From Vicugna vicugna (lineage: Eukaryota), in NCBI GenBank assembly GCA_013265495.1, contig MU058636.1, forward strand, positions 4,499,741-4,563,740: a stretch of DNA of 64,000 nucleotides, read 5' to 3'. Shown piece by piece: positions 13,331 to 23,615 of the stretch (positions within the stretch are counted from its first letter, which is position 1; each line of letters opens with the position of its first letter). The notes under the pieces were generated by a model that searched no databases, had not been told where the DNA came from, and worked only from the letters and a program-made list of their open reading frames with translations. A program made the position numbers and the translations under genes.

Positions 13331-14492
13331 GGCCAAAGTGCAGCGTTTGGAATAAAATACTATATTTTAGATTTGGCCCACATTCTGTTCTGCCCAGTCA
13401 TTTACAGGAGAGATCCTGACTGTCATTTATCATATACAGCATCTCCCCTGCCTTCACTTTACTCTGTAGTGTGATGAGTATAATACCTCTGGCTTCATCC
13501 AAATCATTCATCGAAAAATCTAACAGGTCAGAACATTACCACTGTCGTCATAGAACTAATGATAATGCCCATCCGCTGCACACAGCTGAAGGTCTGGCCA
13601 CCACATATAAAGTGGGACTCCAATTAGAAGTATTAACAGGAATTAAACTGCCTGCTGCTAAGTCTTCTCTATCACTATCCTGAGCCTAAAATGTTCCTCT
13701 GGTTGAACCACATTTATCACAAAGGGCCTCTGAAGTTGTCTATCTGATGATTCTTAAAAGGTCAAGTCCATTTTAAGTGTTTCACTCGTAATGTGAGGAA
13801 ATGGAAGTTGTTTTCAGTCTAACCAGAAAGAACACCATTTGCATAACAGAATGAATGCCTCTATTTTATGGTGTAAAGGCTCAAAGATGATGTCCGTCAG
13901 CTTCTTTTAAATGGACCTGCCCTGCCCATGTGGTCCCACTCTGGGACTGCATGGTCCAGGCCAGCTCTTACCCAGACCAGCTCTCTCTTCTTATGCTGGG
14001 CATCCTTGGCATTAACAACCAGTTCTGCCCTGATCCAGCCTGGTTTCCACCACAGGCACAGTCTGTGTCTTTGTCTGCAGCCATCACACCTAACATCTGG
14101 GTAAATAGCACCTCGAATTGCTCGGCTGTTAGTCCCCTGAGCTGACCCTCTTTCTAGCGGGGTCGGGAGAGTTCAGTCATCTTCAGAGAACTGGGGATTG
14201 AGTCGTTCACCCAGCAGGCACATCAGCCTAGACCATCAGGGGCCACTGACCCCATAGGCATTGTCGCCTTCACAGCCGTGGCAGCAGACTGAGAGGAGAG
14301 GAAATGAAATGCTTGCATAGACAGGCCAACCTGGCCTTGCATTTAGCACGGACCATGGCTGGTCGGCTTCATGAGCAGAGAGGGCACCGTGGTAAGCATT
14401 TGTTGATGGAGACATTATTTGACATTAGTTTGCTTGTTGAATTGTCATGTTGTAATCGACCATATACATAGAATAAGTTAAACTGCAACAAA

Positions 14493-14915
14493 ATTCATTC
14501 ACTCATTTATTCACTCATTTGATATTACTTGAGCACCTATCTTGTCCCATATTTTTCTGAATTACTAGGATGACAGCAGGGAGTAAAACAGATAGAACCC
14601 CTGCCCTCACAGGTCTCTATTCTAATGAGGATGGGAGACAGACTGTGAATGTGGGCGTATGAATTATTTAGAAAGTGAAACATGCTTTGACTAAAATAAA
14701 GGAGGGAAAGGGGGATACAGTGACAAGGGGGTGAAATCTTACCTTATCTATGTGGTCAGGGCAGACTTTGCCGATAGACAGAGACTTGCAGAAGGAGACG
14801 CCCGTAAAGCATGTGGACGTCTGGGGAGAGGGGATTCAGGCCGAGGAGAGAGCAAGTGCAAAGGCCCTGGGCGTGGCCTGTTTGAGGAGCAGCAAGGAGG
14901 CCACTGTGGCTGGTG
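14493..14915 (-). mobile_element. L2 3' fragment
   Basis: ATTCATTCACTCATT, TTGAGCACCTAT, CCCCTGCCCTCACAG, GCAAGTGCAAAGGCCCTG, GCAGCAAGGAGGCCA. Confidence 0.8.
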
Positions 14916-16479
14916 TGTTCCTAGTGCTTATTCTTTATCACTGGTGTTTCAGAAAGTGCAGCAGAAAATCAGATCGATTCTTCACAGGACTTGCCCTGTT
15001 TCGTTATTTTTTGTTGTTAACTCAATGTGTGTGAGAAAAGCATGTTTTTGTTCCACTGTCGCTGTTATTACCTGGCTAAGGAGGTAATCCCAGAGTGTGT
15101 GTGTGAGCCTACACTTTTATGTATGTATGTATATCTACGTAGATGCATGTTTAATGACGTTAGGAGAGCAGTTGAGACGCAGATTTTTATGTTTAAATGT
15201 GAGCGTGTGAGAGTCATCTCCCTGATTGAAAACGCCCCTCTGGGGCCTGTTACGCAGCTGCTGCTATGATCAGTCCTGCCAGTGCAATCGTTTTCATCCT
15301 CCAGATAAAGCCCAGGAGGTGGGTAACCGCCAGAGTAGTGAGAAATTTGAGTGAGAGCTCTGGTTGTTTGCAGGCTTCCACACACCTGTGTCAGACTGCT
15401 GCCGGAGCAATCCCATTGGCGGCAGACAGTTTAACAGGCAAAACCTGGGCTGACGTTGCTTCCTGACGCCAGTCTTCTGTTCAAGCGCGGTTGGTCTTCC
15501 CTGGCCTCCTGGTAGCCTGCTTCTGGGCACCATGCATCCTGAGAAAGGCTGGGAGGTTTTTTTCGGTTACAAAGCAAACAGTTTTCATGCTTCCGAGTGT
15601 TTCCATGCATCAGCATCTGAGACGTGACCTGTGTCAGGAGCGGAACGTGTGGGGTGATGCTGTGCCGGGAAGACTGGCTCAGTGGTCCTGCCGGAGTGGT
15701 TCAGACAGCCCAGGTGGCCATGACTGTCCACCAACATGCCGGTGACCCCTGAGGACACCAGGACACTTGAGGTACCAGGGAAGCAAAGGAATAAAACTAT
15801 AACTGCTTCAGAATTAAACTCCGAAATGCACCAATATAACTTCAGGTTGGTCCTGGGAGGAAAGTTTGCAAATATAACAACAGGGTTTGGACTCATTCTT
15901 TGGCCATAACCACCTTATTTAAATGCCTCAGTCTCTCCATTGGTGAAATGCAGAGACATGGCAGACCTTCACATGATGGGAAAGTGTGTTAATTAGTTCT
16001 TTACTGGAAAAAAAGTCACAGTGAGCCGTGGTGGTCTTTCTTGGTTGGAGCTGCTTCTCCGAAGGACCGACTGGGTAAGTGTGTCCCAGTAAAATTAAGT
16101 CTTTTCATTGACAAGTGTTTTCAGAGCCTTATAAGATTTCATGGATCACATTCTGCATCTGCCTGGTTGCTTCTAAGGATTGAACATATGGCATTTAAGG
16201 AAATTTTGTGGTAATGACCAGAGATTTCAAAATTCATCTCTAGAATTACATCTCTCTGATTGGATGTTTTAGTAGAAACAGGCTATCCTGTACTGTCCTG
16301 TGATTTTTAGGCTTTGGTTTGTATGAAGCAATTAATTGCTCTCCTTTCTATTGTGTCTGTGGATTTCTACAGAAAACCCCTTGACAGATGCACAATGAGA
16401 GAATATATTTATATATTTAATGTATTGAGAGAGATGCCATCCTAGCCATTGCTTGTGGGCTCACCCACAGAAATAAACC

Positions 16480-17690
16480 TCAGCAAGCGTTTTACAGGGT
16501 TATTGATGCTCCAGGCAGCATCGCAGATGCTGGTAATTCAGTGATGAGGGGCACCTCCCACTTCTCACAAGGAGCTCGCAGTTTGGTGGGGAGGCAGGCG
16601 AGTAAACTAATTATCAAGCCCATGTAACACGTGCTACTGGAGCCCAGGGAGGAGCATGGGTGAGGGTCAGGGCCGAGAAAGAGGGAAGAGAAGGCAGCAT
16701 GTACAGGGTACTGCGTCACCGTACGTGGCAGCGTGATGTTTGGGGGACTTGCCGACAGTCCCCTGTGGCTGAAGCACCGGGTTGCGTGAAGTTGGACAAG
16801 TAGGAAAGGGTCTAGTTTGACAACGAAAGGGTGAGCTTTACCCCACAAGTGATAGAGGACGCTTGAACAATCTGCAGCTGGAGGCAGGACTGCAAGACCT
16901 ATAAGGAGGTTGTTGCAAGAGCCCAGCAAGGAATTACCAGGACCTGAATTAGGACGGTGGTGGGAATGAAGATGACAAGACAGAGACGAGGTATTTAAGA
17001 GATGGAATCGGCAGGGCTTGCTGAGTCTCTGGGTGTGGGGGATCAGTAGGAAGGGGGTTCTTGGCTTCCTAACTTGAGTAACTTAGTAAATGGTGGTGCC
17101 ATTCAGGCAGTAAAGGAGATGGTGGGAACTGGGGAAGGGAAGTGGTGCGTTCAGGTTTGGAGGTGTTGAATTTCAGGTGCCTGCATGGTACCCAGGTGGA
17201 GCTGGACAACAGAATGTAAAGCGGTATAAAGGGATGGGGAACTGAGCAGGATCTAATGAAAGGATTAGAAATAACTCAGGAAGCGTACACAGCCGTTAAG
17301 GTGAAGGGTTCAGATGAAATATCCGAAGCAGTACTTTCACAGGAGAAGAAAAGGGACTCGGTGTGGAACTCTGAATTACTCTTACGCTTGATTGAAGGGA
17401 GGGGTGGAGGAGGGGGGAGCCCTTAAGGCAATGAGACCAGTCACAGAGGAAGGAGGGGAACAGAGGAGACTGAAGCCAAGTAGAGTCAAAGTGTCAAAAA
17501 AGAAGACTGCCAAGAGGCCAAGAAAGGTGAGGACAGAAGGTCCCTGGGGTTTGGGCATTGGTGGTGGCAGCCCATTCATTCCCAAAGAGCTGGAATGGCA
17601 GTAAGTTGGAAAGTGAGAGAGAGATGGAAGGGTGGACAGAAAGGGTGTGTGTGTCTTTAAGAAACTTGGCTGTAAGGAGGAGGGGGTTGC
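16480..17690 (-). mobile_element. L2 fragment, about 1.2 kb
   Basis: Purine-rich degenerate L2 text (AAATGGTGGTGCCATTCA, GTTGAATTTCAGGTGCCTG, GAAGCCAAGTAGAG). Confidence 0.7.
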
Positions 17691-18272
17691 ACGTTGTGGT
17701 TTCATCAGGTGCTGCTGAATCCTTAAATTAGACTCTGCCCGGCCTAACTGACCACGTGCGGCAAGGAATTCTCTATCATTGTCAAATCCACAGGCTCCCT
17801 GCAGCGTTGTTTTAAAGCGTAAGGGTCAAAATTTTTACATTAAAAGTCAACCCCAGCTAGACACCTGCCTGGGACTTTCTAACACCTCTGGCTGCTCCTA
17901 AGTAGATGAAGAATCTCAGAATCTCATTAGAGATGTTCTGGTCTTGGTGCTTTGAATAGGATAGGTGTGGAACAGCTCCACTGAGAAATCAGTGCCCTGG
18001 CGCCCTCCAGGCGCAGAAGGGAGCTGGATTTCAGTCCGTCCAGTTCTCCCCCAATTGGAGACCTGGGGTAAGTCCCTTACAACTTAAGCTTGGGTTTTCT
18101 ATCTGTATAATGACTGAATCTGATTTGGTGACTTATCAGACCCACCCCATCCCGGTTCACCAGACTTTGATACCAGCTTCAGAGTTTCTTTCTTTCTTTC
18201 TTTCTTTTTTAAATAACATTTATTATCTCACTCAATTTCTGAAAGTCAGGAATCTGAGAGTTGTTTAGTTGG

Positions 18273-18407
18273 CTGTTTTTGTTTTGGCTTTTTGAAGAAA
18301 AGGTAATTAGGTTAATTTTTTAACGGAGGCCCCAGGGACTGAACCCAGGACCTCGTTCATGCTAAGCATTCACTCTACCACTGAGCTATACCCTCGCCCG
18401 CACCCCT
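18273..18407 (-). mobile_element. tRNA-Ala-derived SINE (camelid Vic-1-like)
   Basis: Minus strand 18395-18325 reads GAGGGTATAGCTCAGTGGTAGAGTGAATGCTTAGCATGAACGAGGTCCTGGGTTCAGTCCCTGGGGCCTCC. This is a diverged tRNA-Ala(AGC) head with an A box and a degenerate B box. It is followed by AACCTAATTACCT and an A-rich segment typical of the camelid SINE. Confidence 0.88.
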
Positions 18408-18829
18408 GAGTTTCTTTTTGTCTTCCCTTCCCTGTACCTCCCGTGCTTTGCGTCTCCTACACACGCAGCTTCTGTAGTTCCCAGTCTACAACGCGCTGCC
18501 ACGAGAGTGCCCCATCTGCAGCCAACGCGGTTGGAAGTCGTGGCGGGGAAACAAGAAATCAAACACCGAGAAAACCGGGACCGTTTTCTTCTGGCTTACT
18601 TTCCCCTTGGCTTTTTGCCTCCTTACACTGCCAGCTTAATCACCGTCTTGGCGAAAATGGGAGTTTGTTCAAACAGGTATCAAACAGCCTGAAAAATTAT
18701 GGGCAGCTTCTGCATGGAGAAGATCAAAGGCCCGGAGCGGCCGGGGTGAAGTCACTGAAGTGCTTTGACCCCCGCCACTGGCTAGCATAGTTGCTCTGAT
18801 TCATTTTCCCCAGTAGCTGTTCATTCCGT

Positions 18830-19860
18830 GGTGACTGAGCCAGTGCCTCCTGAGCGCTGTGGTCACCGTGTTCACCTGGGGTCCCAGGCACAGGAGTGAA
18901 ACGGCGAACACAGTGAACGTGGAGTCTGCCCCGGTGGGGTTGATAGTCCAGAGAGGGAGGAAAACATATTGAAAAAAGTTACCCCAAAACTGCATAACTA
19001 CACATTGTGATAAGGGCTATTAAAAAAGATTTAAAAAGCAATGAGAAATTTTAACATTTGGTCTGGATTTCAACCAGGATGTCAAGGGAAGGGTTCTGTA
19101 AGGAAGTAATGTTTAGACTGATGGGAGGACAAACAGGATTTAGCAAAGCAAGGAGACCAGAGAAAGCCTGCAGGCGGGTGGACCAGCACTGCTTAGGCCT
19201 GGGGTGGAGGAGGGCGAGGTAACTGGAGAATTGGTGGGGGTGGGGAGCAGAGGGAGACTGGAGATGCTGGCAGAGCCAACCACACAAGACCTAGAAGACC
19301 AGGAAACTAGGGGGTCATGGAAGCAAAGAAAAGAGAGTTTTGAGATGGTTGGAGGTCAGCACAGCAAAGGCTGCTGAGATGCTATCAAAGTTAAAGCCTG
19401 AGATGTGCCCACTGGCTCACTGGCGGCTACTGTCACCTTAGCAGGAGTGTGGCTGCAGGAGACAGGGAACTGGTGGAAGGGGAAACAGGGTGGGGGGGGT
19501 GGCTGGGGTTAAGACAGGGGTGCAAAGGCAGCTGTGCTGAGACACTAAGCTCTGCCTGGAAAGCCGGAAGATAAGGTAGAAATTGGGAGGAAATGTGGGA
19601 TAAAAGGAAGGGTTTTGTATTGCTTATTGGTTGCTTTTCAGATGAGAGGCATTCAACGTTTTAATAAAGATGGAAAAGGTCTCATAGGAGGAGAAAGGTT
19701 CGATACAGGCGACCCAGGGAGTCAGGTCCCAGCAGGGAGGCAGAGACCAGCCAAAGGGGAGGTTCCTCCATCTCAACAGGAGATGGGAAGGTGCTTCAGG
19801 GATTTGGTAGCAGAAAAATGGGAACGTTTGCATCCCATGCCGCCTGTGAGGCAGTCGTCC
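18830..19860 (-). mobile_element. L2 fragments
   Basis: GACTGAGCCAGTGCC, GTCAAGGGAAGGGTTCTGTAAGGAAGT, GTCATGGAAGCAAAGAAAAGAGAG. Confidence 0.6.
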
Positions 19861-21088
19861 CTGAGAATGGGCTGGCAGGAGGGGAGTGGGAAAGTCAAGA
19901 AGTGACAGCTGCCAAGAGGGGCGCCTGCTAGCCCTGAGACCCCGGGGGTAGGGTCGGCCTGGCTCCTGGTACCTGCTGGCAGGGCTTTCCTACTCACCAC
20001 CTGTCCCCCTGATCCTGTCAGCGTTCTTAGAAGTGTCTAAGGTCAGTGTTTTGATTTTGTTTGCTGTGGTTTCCAATGCCAGATTACACCTCCATATATA
20101 ATTTCCTTACAAATCCCCAACGGTCTGCCGTGGGAGCCGTGCATTTGGCTCTGGTCATTTTGCTTCCCCATGTTATTTCTAATTAATTTCATGGTCCTCC
20201 CCGTCCAGGTTCTTGCTTTTTTACCCTTTGAGTCACTTGTACCTTTGGCCTTGTGATTTGAAAAGGACACAATTCTGTGTCTGCCTTTCTGGTTGTTCTT
20301 GTAACTACAGCTCGTAGTTCAGTCTGCCTTCCATCCCATTTTTATAGAACACATTATGAAGCTGGAATCTTTCCTGCAAGCCCACTTGTGAAAATATCCA
20401 AATACTTTGCCTTGTGTATTCTTTGGCCTCTCCCTCCCCCTTCACCCCCGCCCCGAGGAGCTTTTAGGCAGTGCTTGTGGCAGTAACTAGACTGTCTGTA
20501 GATCTCTCCTTCCTCCCCCCGTCCCCGTTCCTCTTACACGCTGGGCACTCCCCAGGTTTCTGCTCTGTGTCCTGTGCTGGACTCCCCAGACCCCTGTGTC
20601 TTTGCTGCAGATACCCAGAGTCTTTTTTTTTCCTTCCAACATTAATCTGAAACAGGGGAGTGCCCTTGGAGGAACAAGTCATCTTGTCTGGGGTTCATAC
20701 CAGGGAGCTTTAGCAACAATGAAGGCCAAGGAAGGGAACTAACTTTGGGTGAGCATCTACCTGTGTTCGGTGCATGCCTTGCGCTGTAGGAAACCTTGCA
20801 GTCATCCTGCTGGAGGGAGTGCTGGTCCCAGTTGATAGACAGATAAACAAATCCAGATTCAGTGACTTCTTGATAAATGTTTCAGGGCCAGGACTGGAAG
20901 CCATCCTTCTTCTCAGCCTTAAGCTCGAGGGGGCCGGAGGTTATCCCTGTGTGTCCTCTGGACCCTCATGAAATAGAGGCCTCAGTTTAGAGCATGGACC
21001 TTGACTTGATTCCGATTTTGAACTCCCTCTGAGGTGGGGGTGGCTCACCTGGCAATCAGTCCTCTGGTCCAGACAGGAATATCCTTCA

Positions 21089-21101
21089 CCACTAGGTGGC
21101 G
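21089..21101 (+). promoter_or_regulatory. Candidate CTCF site
   Basis: CCACTAGGTGGCG fits the CTCF core CCACYAGRKGGCR. Motif only, no binding data. Confidence 0.55.
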
Positions 21102-21180
21102 ATGTAGCAGCACCACAAGAGGTCCCTGGGCAAATGGACAGGACCTGGGAACAAGGCTTCTGGAGCAAGGGTATTCCAAC

Positions 21181-21825
21181 TTTTTTTTTCTTTAATTTGT
21201 TGAGGTGAAACTAATTTTACACAAAGTTATCCATTTTAAAGTGACAATTCAGTGGCATTTAGTGCATTCACAGTGGTGTACAACCACTACCTGTATCTAG
21301 TTCCAAACCATTCCCATCACTCCAAATAAAACCCCTTAACCATTAAGCAGATTCTCCCCATCCCCCTACCCTGTACCCCTGGCAACAGCCAATCGGCATT
21401 CTGTCTCTATGGATTTACCTATTCTGGGCATTTCTTATAAATCAAATCATACAGCATATGACCTTTTGTGTCTGGCTTTGTTCTCTTAGCATAATGTTTT
21501 CAAGGCTTACTCATGTAGCATATGTTGATGTTTCACTCCTTTTTGTGGCTGAATGATATTCCATTGGATGGATAGACCACAATTGATTTATTCATTCATC
21601 TGTTGATGGACATCTGGGCTGTTTCCACCTTTTGGCCATTGTGATTAGTGCTTCTATGAACATGGGTGAACATATATTTGAGCTCCTGCTTTCAATTCTT
21701 GGGGGTACATACCAAGAGTGGGATTGTGGGGTCATTTGGTAATTCTGTGTTTAACTTTTTGAGAAACTGCTTAATGTTTCCATAGCAGTTGAACTGTTTT
21801 GCCTTCCCACCAACAGTGTAAAGAT
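21181..21825 (-). mobile_element. Old L1 (L1MB-like) 3' end
   Basis: T-tract followed by CCATTTTAAAGTGACAATTCAGTGGCATTTAGT and CATCTGTTGATGGACATCTGGG. ORF 21692-21886 gives the degenerate ORF2 tail ELPNDPTIPLL. Confidence 0.88.
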
Positions 21826-21829
21826 TTGA

Positions 21830-22070
21830 AGACTTTTTTGACCGTGACACACAATGAGAAACACATTTTACATTGCAACCCAGCATTTCATGTGTATTTA
21901 TGTATTTCTATAATATTTATGTATATGTAATACATATTTGTATGCCTATAAAATACAAGTTTCATGAAATCATCTCACCCTTATTGCTACATGGTGCACT
22001 CAGATGCATCCTATCCTTTTTTAGTAGAAAAATATGCTGGTTTTGATCCACCAAATTAGTTCCACAACTC
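21830..22070. mobile_element. hAT-Charlie non-autonomous DNA transposon remnant (MER119-like)
   Basis: GAAACACATTTTACATTGCAACCCAG...CTCACCCTTATTGCTAC...CCACCAAATTAGTTCCACAAC resembles the remembered consensus. Confidence 0.55.
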
Positions 22071-22744
22071 AAAGCAAAATGAAATCTTAAAAATTAGTTT
22101 AGCTGTTATGATCAGAGTATTATTCTAAGTGCAAATAATATCATATCTTCTTATCATTTGGATAGTCAAAGAATTTAGGTTTTCATCAATTTATCAATAT
22201 ACAAGTTTGTGGGGGAGGCTCACCCAGCTTATGAAGATGACATTTTATGTAGTATATTCTCAAACATGGAGAATGTAGATCACATACAAATGTGAGTCAT
22301 ATTGCATGTACTTGACAGAGTGTGAGGATTGTAATTAGCTGGTGATCTATAGTCAAGCAACACGTTTTTGGATAAGTATAGTGCCTGTGGTTTCTAGGGA
22401 AAGCCCTGTCATGTGTGTTACTGTCACTTACTGAAAGGCTCAGTTCTTCATATATCCCTTGAGTCTTTCACAGTAGAGTAAGACACTGAAGGGCGCAGTG
22501 CACATGGCAGAGCAAGTGATGGAAGGAGAAAGAGGTAGAATCAAGAGAACTGGGAGAAAAGCATGAGAAGCTACTCACATGGGCAGCGATCGTTTCTAAC
22601 CATCTTCAAGAACTGCCTTAAACTGTGAGCCCCTCTGGAAGGAGTGGTGTTTGGGACCAGTAGAGACTAGTGGTTAGAGGAAATTTCACTGAAAGGAATG
22701 AAGGACGGATACAGCCAGGTCTCCAGGCAGGATTGAGGGGGCCA

Positions 22745-23331
22745 ATGGTCTTAGATGAGAAAAGATTACATTTTACTTCTCATTAAATTCTAACTGAAAT
22801 TTATATTTTCTTCACATTGCATATATAGGCAACAAACATAATATTAGCAGAGCTTAAGACTTCACTACCAATTGAAATCAAATATTTTCATCCCATTACA
22901 GTTACTTTACGTAGATTTCAATAGTTTGTTTTATTTAAAAATTGTAATAGTTACTAGGCTTGTCACTAGATTATTATTTAGCATATTATTAAAAATGCAT
23001 ATATATGATACCACAATTTAAAATTTGGTTTTTAAAATAATTTGAGAACTGTATTTCAAAATAACTGGTTCCCCCTTCTACACTGCCGGTGGGAATGTAA
23101 ATTGGGGCAGCCACTGTGGAAAACAGTACGGAGGTTCCTTAAACTAAAAGTAGAGCTATCCAGTGATTCCCCTCCTGGGTGTATATGCAGAAGAAATGAA
23201 AACACTAATCCAAAATAACTTGTTCCCTTTATAATCCCATGTCTTTGGTCTCATTCGTGTGAACACATTCTGAGAAGGATCCCATTGGCTTTGCTGATGG
23301 GGTTCATGCCCTAAAATGTTAAGGACCCCCT
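22745..23331. mobile_element. hAT-Charlie-type DNA transposon remnant, interrupted by the L1 fragment at 23074-23210
   Basis: AT-rich body with the terminal phrase GGGGTTCATGCCCTAAAATGTTAAGGACCCC. Confidence 0.5.
23074..23210 (+). mobile_element. Internal L1 ORF2 3' fragment with no poly(A), flanked by a 17-bp duplication
   Basis: ACACTGCCGGTGGGAATGTAAATTGGGGCAGCCACTGTGGAAAACAGTACGGAGGTTCC is the L1 HCWWEC-coding region. Flanks are CAAAATAACT(G/T)GTTCCC at 23057-23073 and 23211-23227. Confidence 0.85.
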
Positions 23332-23334
23332 AGA

Positions 23335-23615
23335 GCTGCACTCCAGGAAGGGAGCTGGTGGCCACGTGGAGCGACTGAGCACATGGGCTATTTGTGGCTA
23401 CTCCCTACTGAGATGTGTTATGAAATACACAACGGATTTCAAATATTTAGTTTAAAAAAAATGAAATGTTCCACTAATGATTTTATATTTATTACATATT
23501 GAGATGATAATATTTGGGATATATTGGGTTGAATAAAATGTATTAAATTTAATCTCACCTCTTTACATTTAGTTATAATAAATGTAAGTACTGGAACATT
23601 TTCAGTTGCATATGT
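23335..23615 (-). mobile_element. MER33-like (hAT-Charlie) DNA transposon
   Basis: AAATACACAACGGATTTCAAA and GATAATATTTGGGATATATTGGGTTGAATAAAAT match the reverse of MER33. Confidence 0.75.

Noticed and set aside
18325..18395. tRNA-Ala(AGC) gene
   Set aside because: Degenerate B box and stems, with a SINE body, tail and TSD attached. It is a SINE head.
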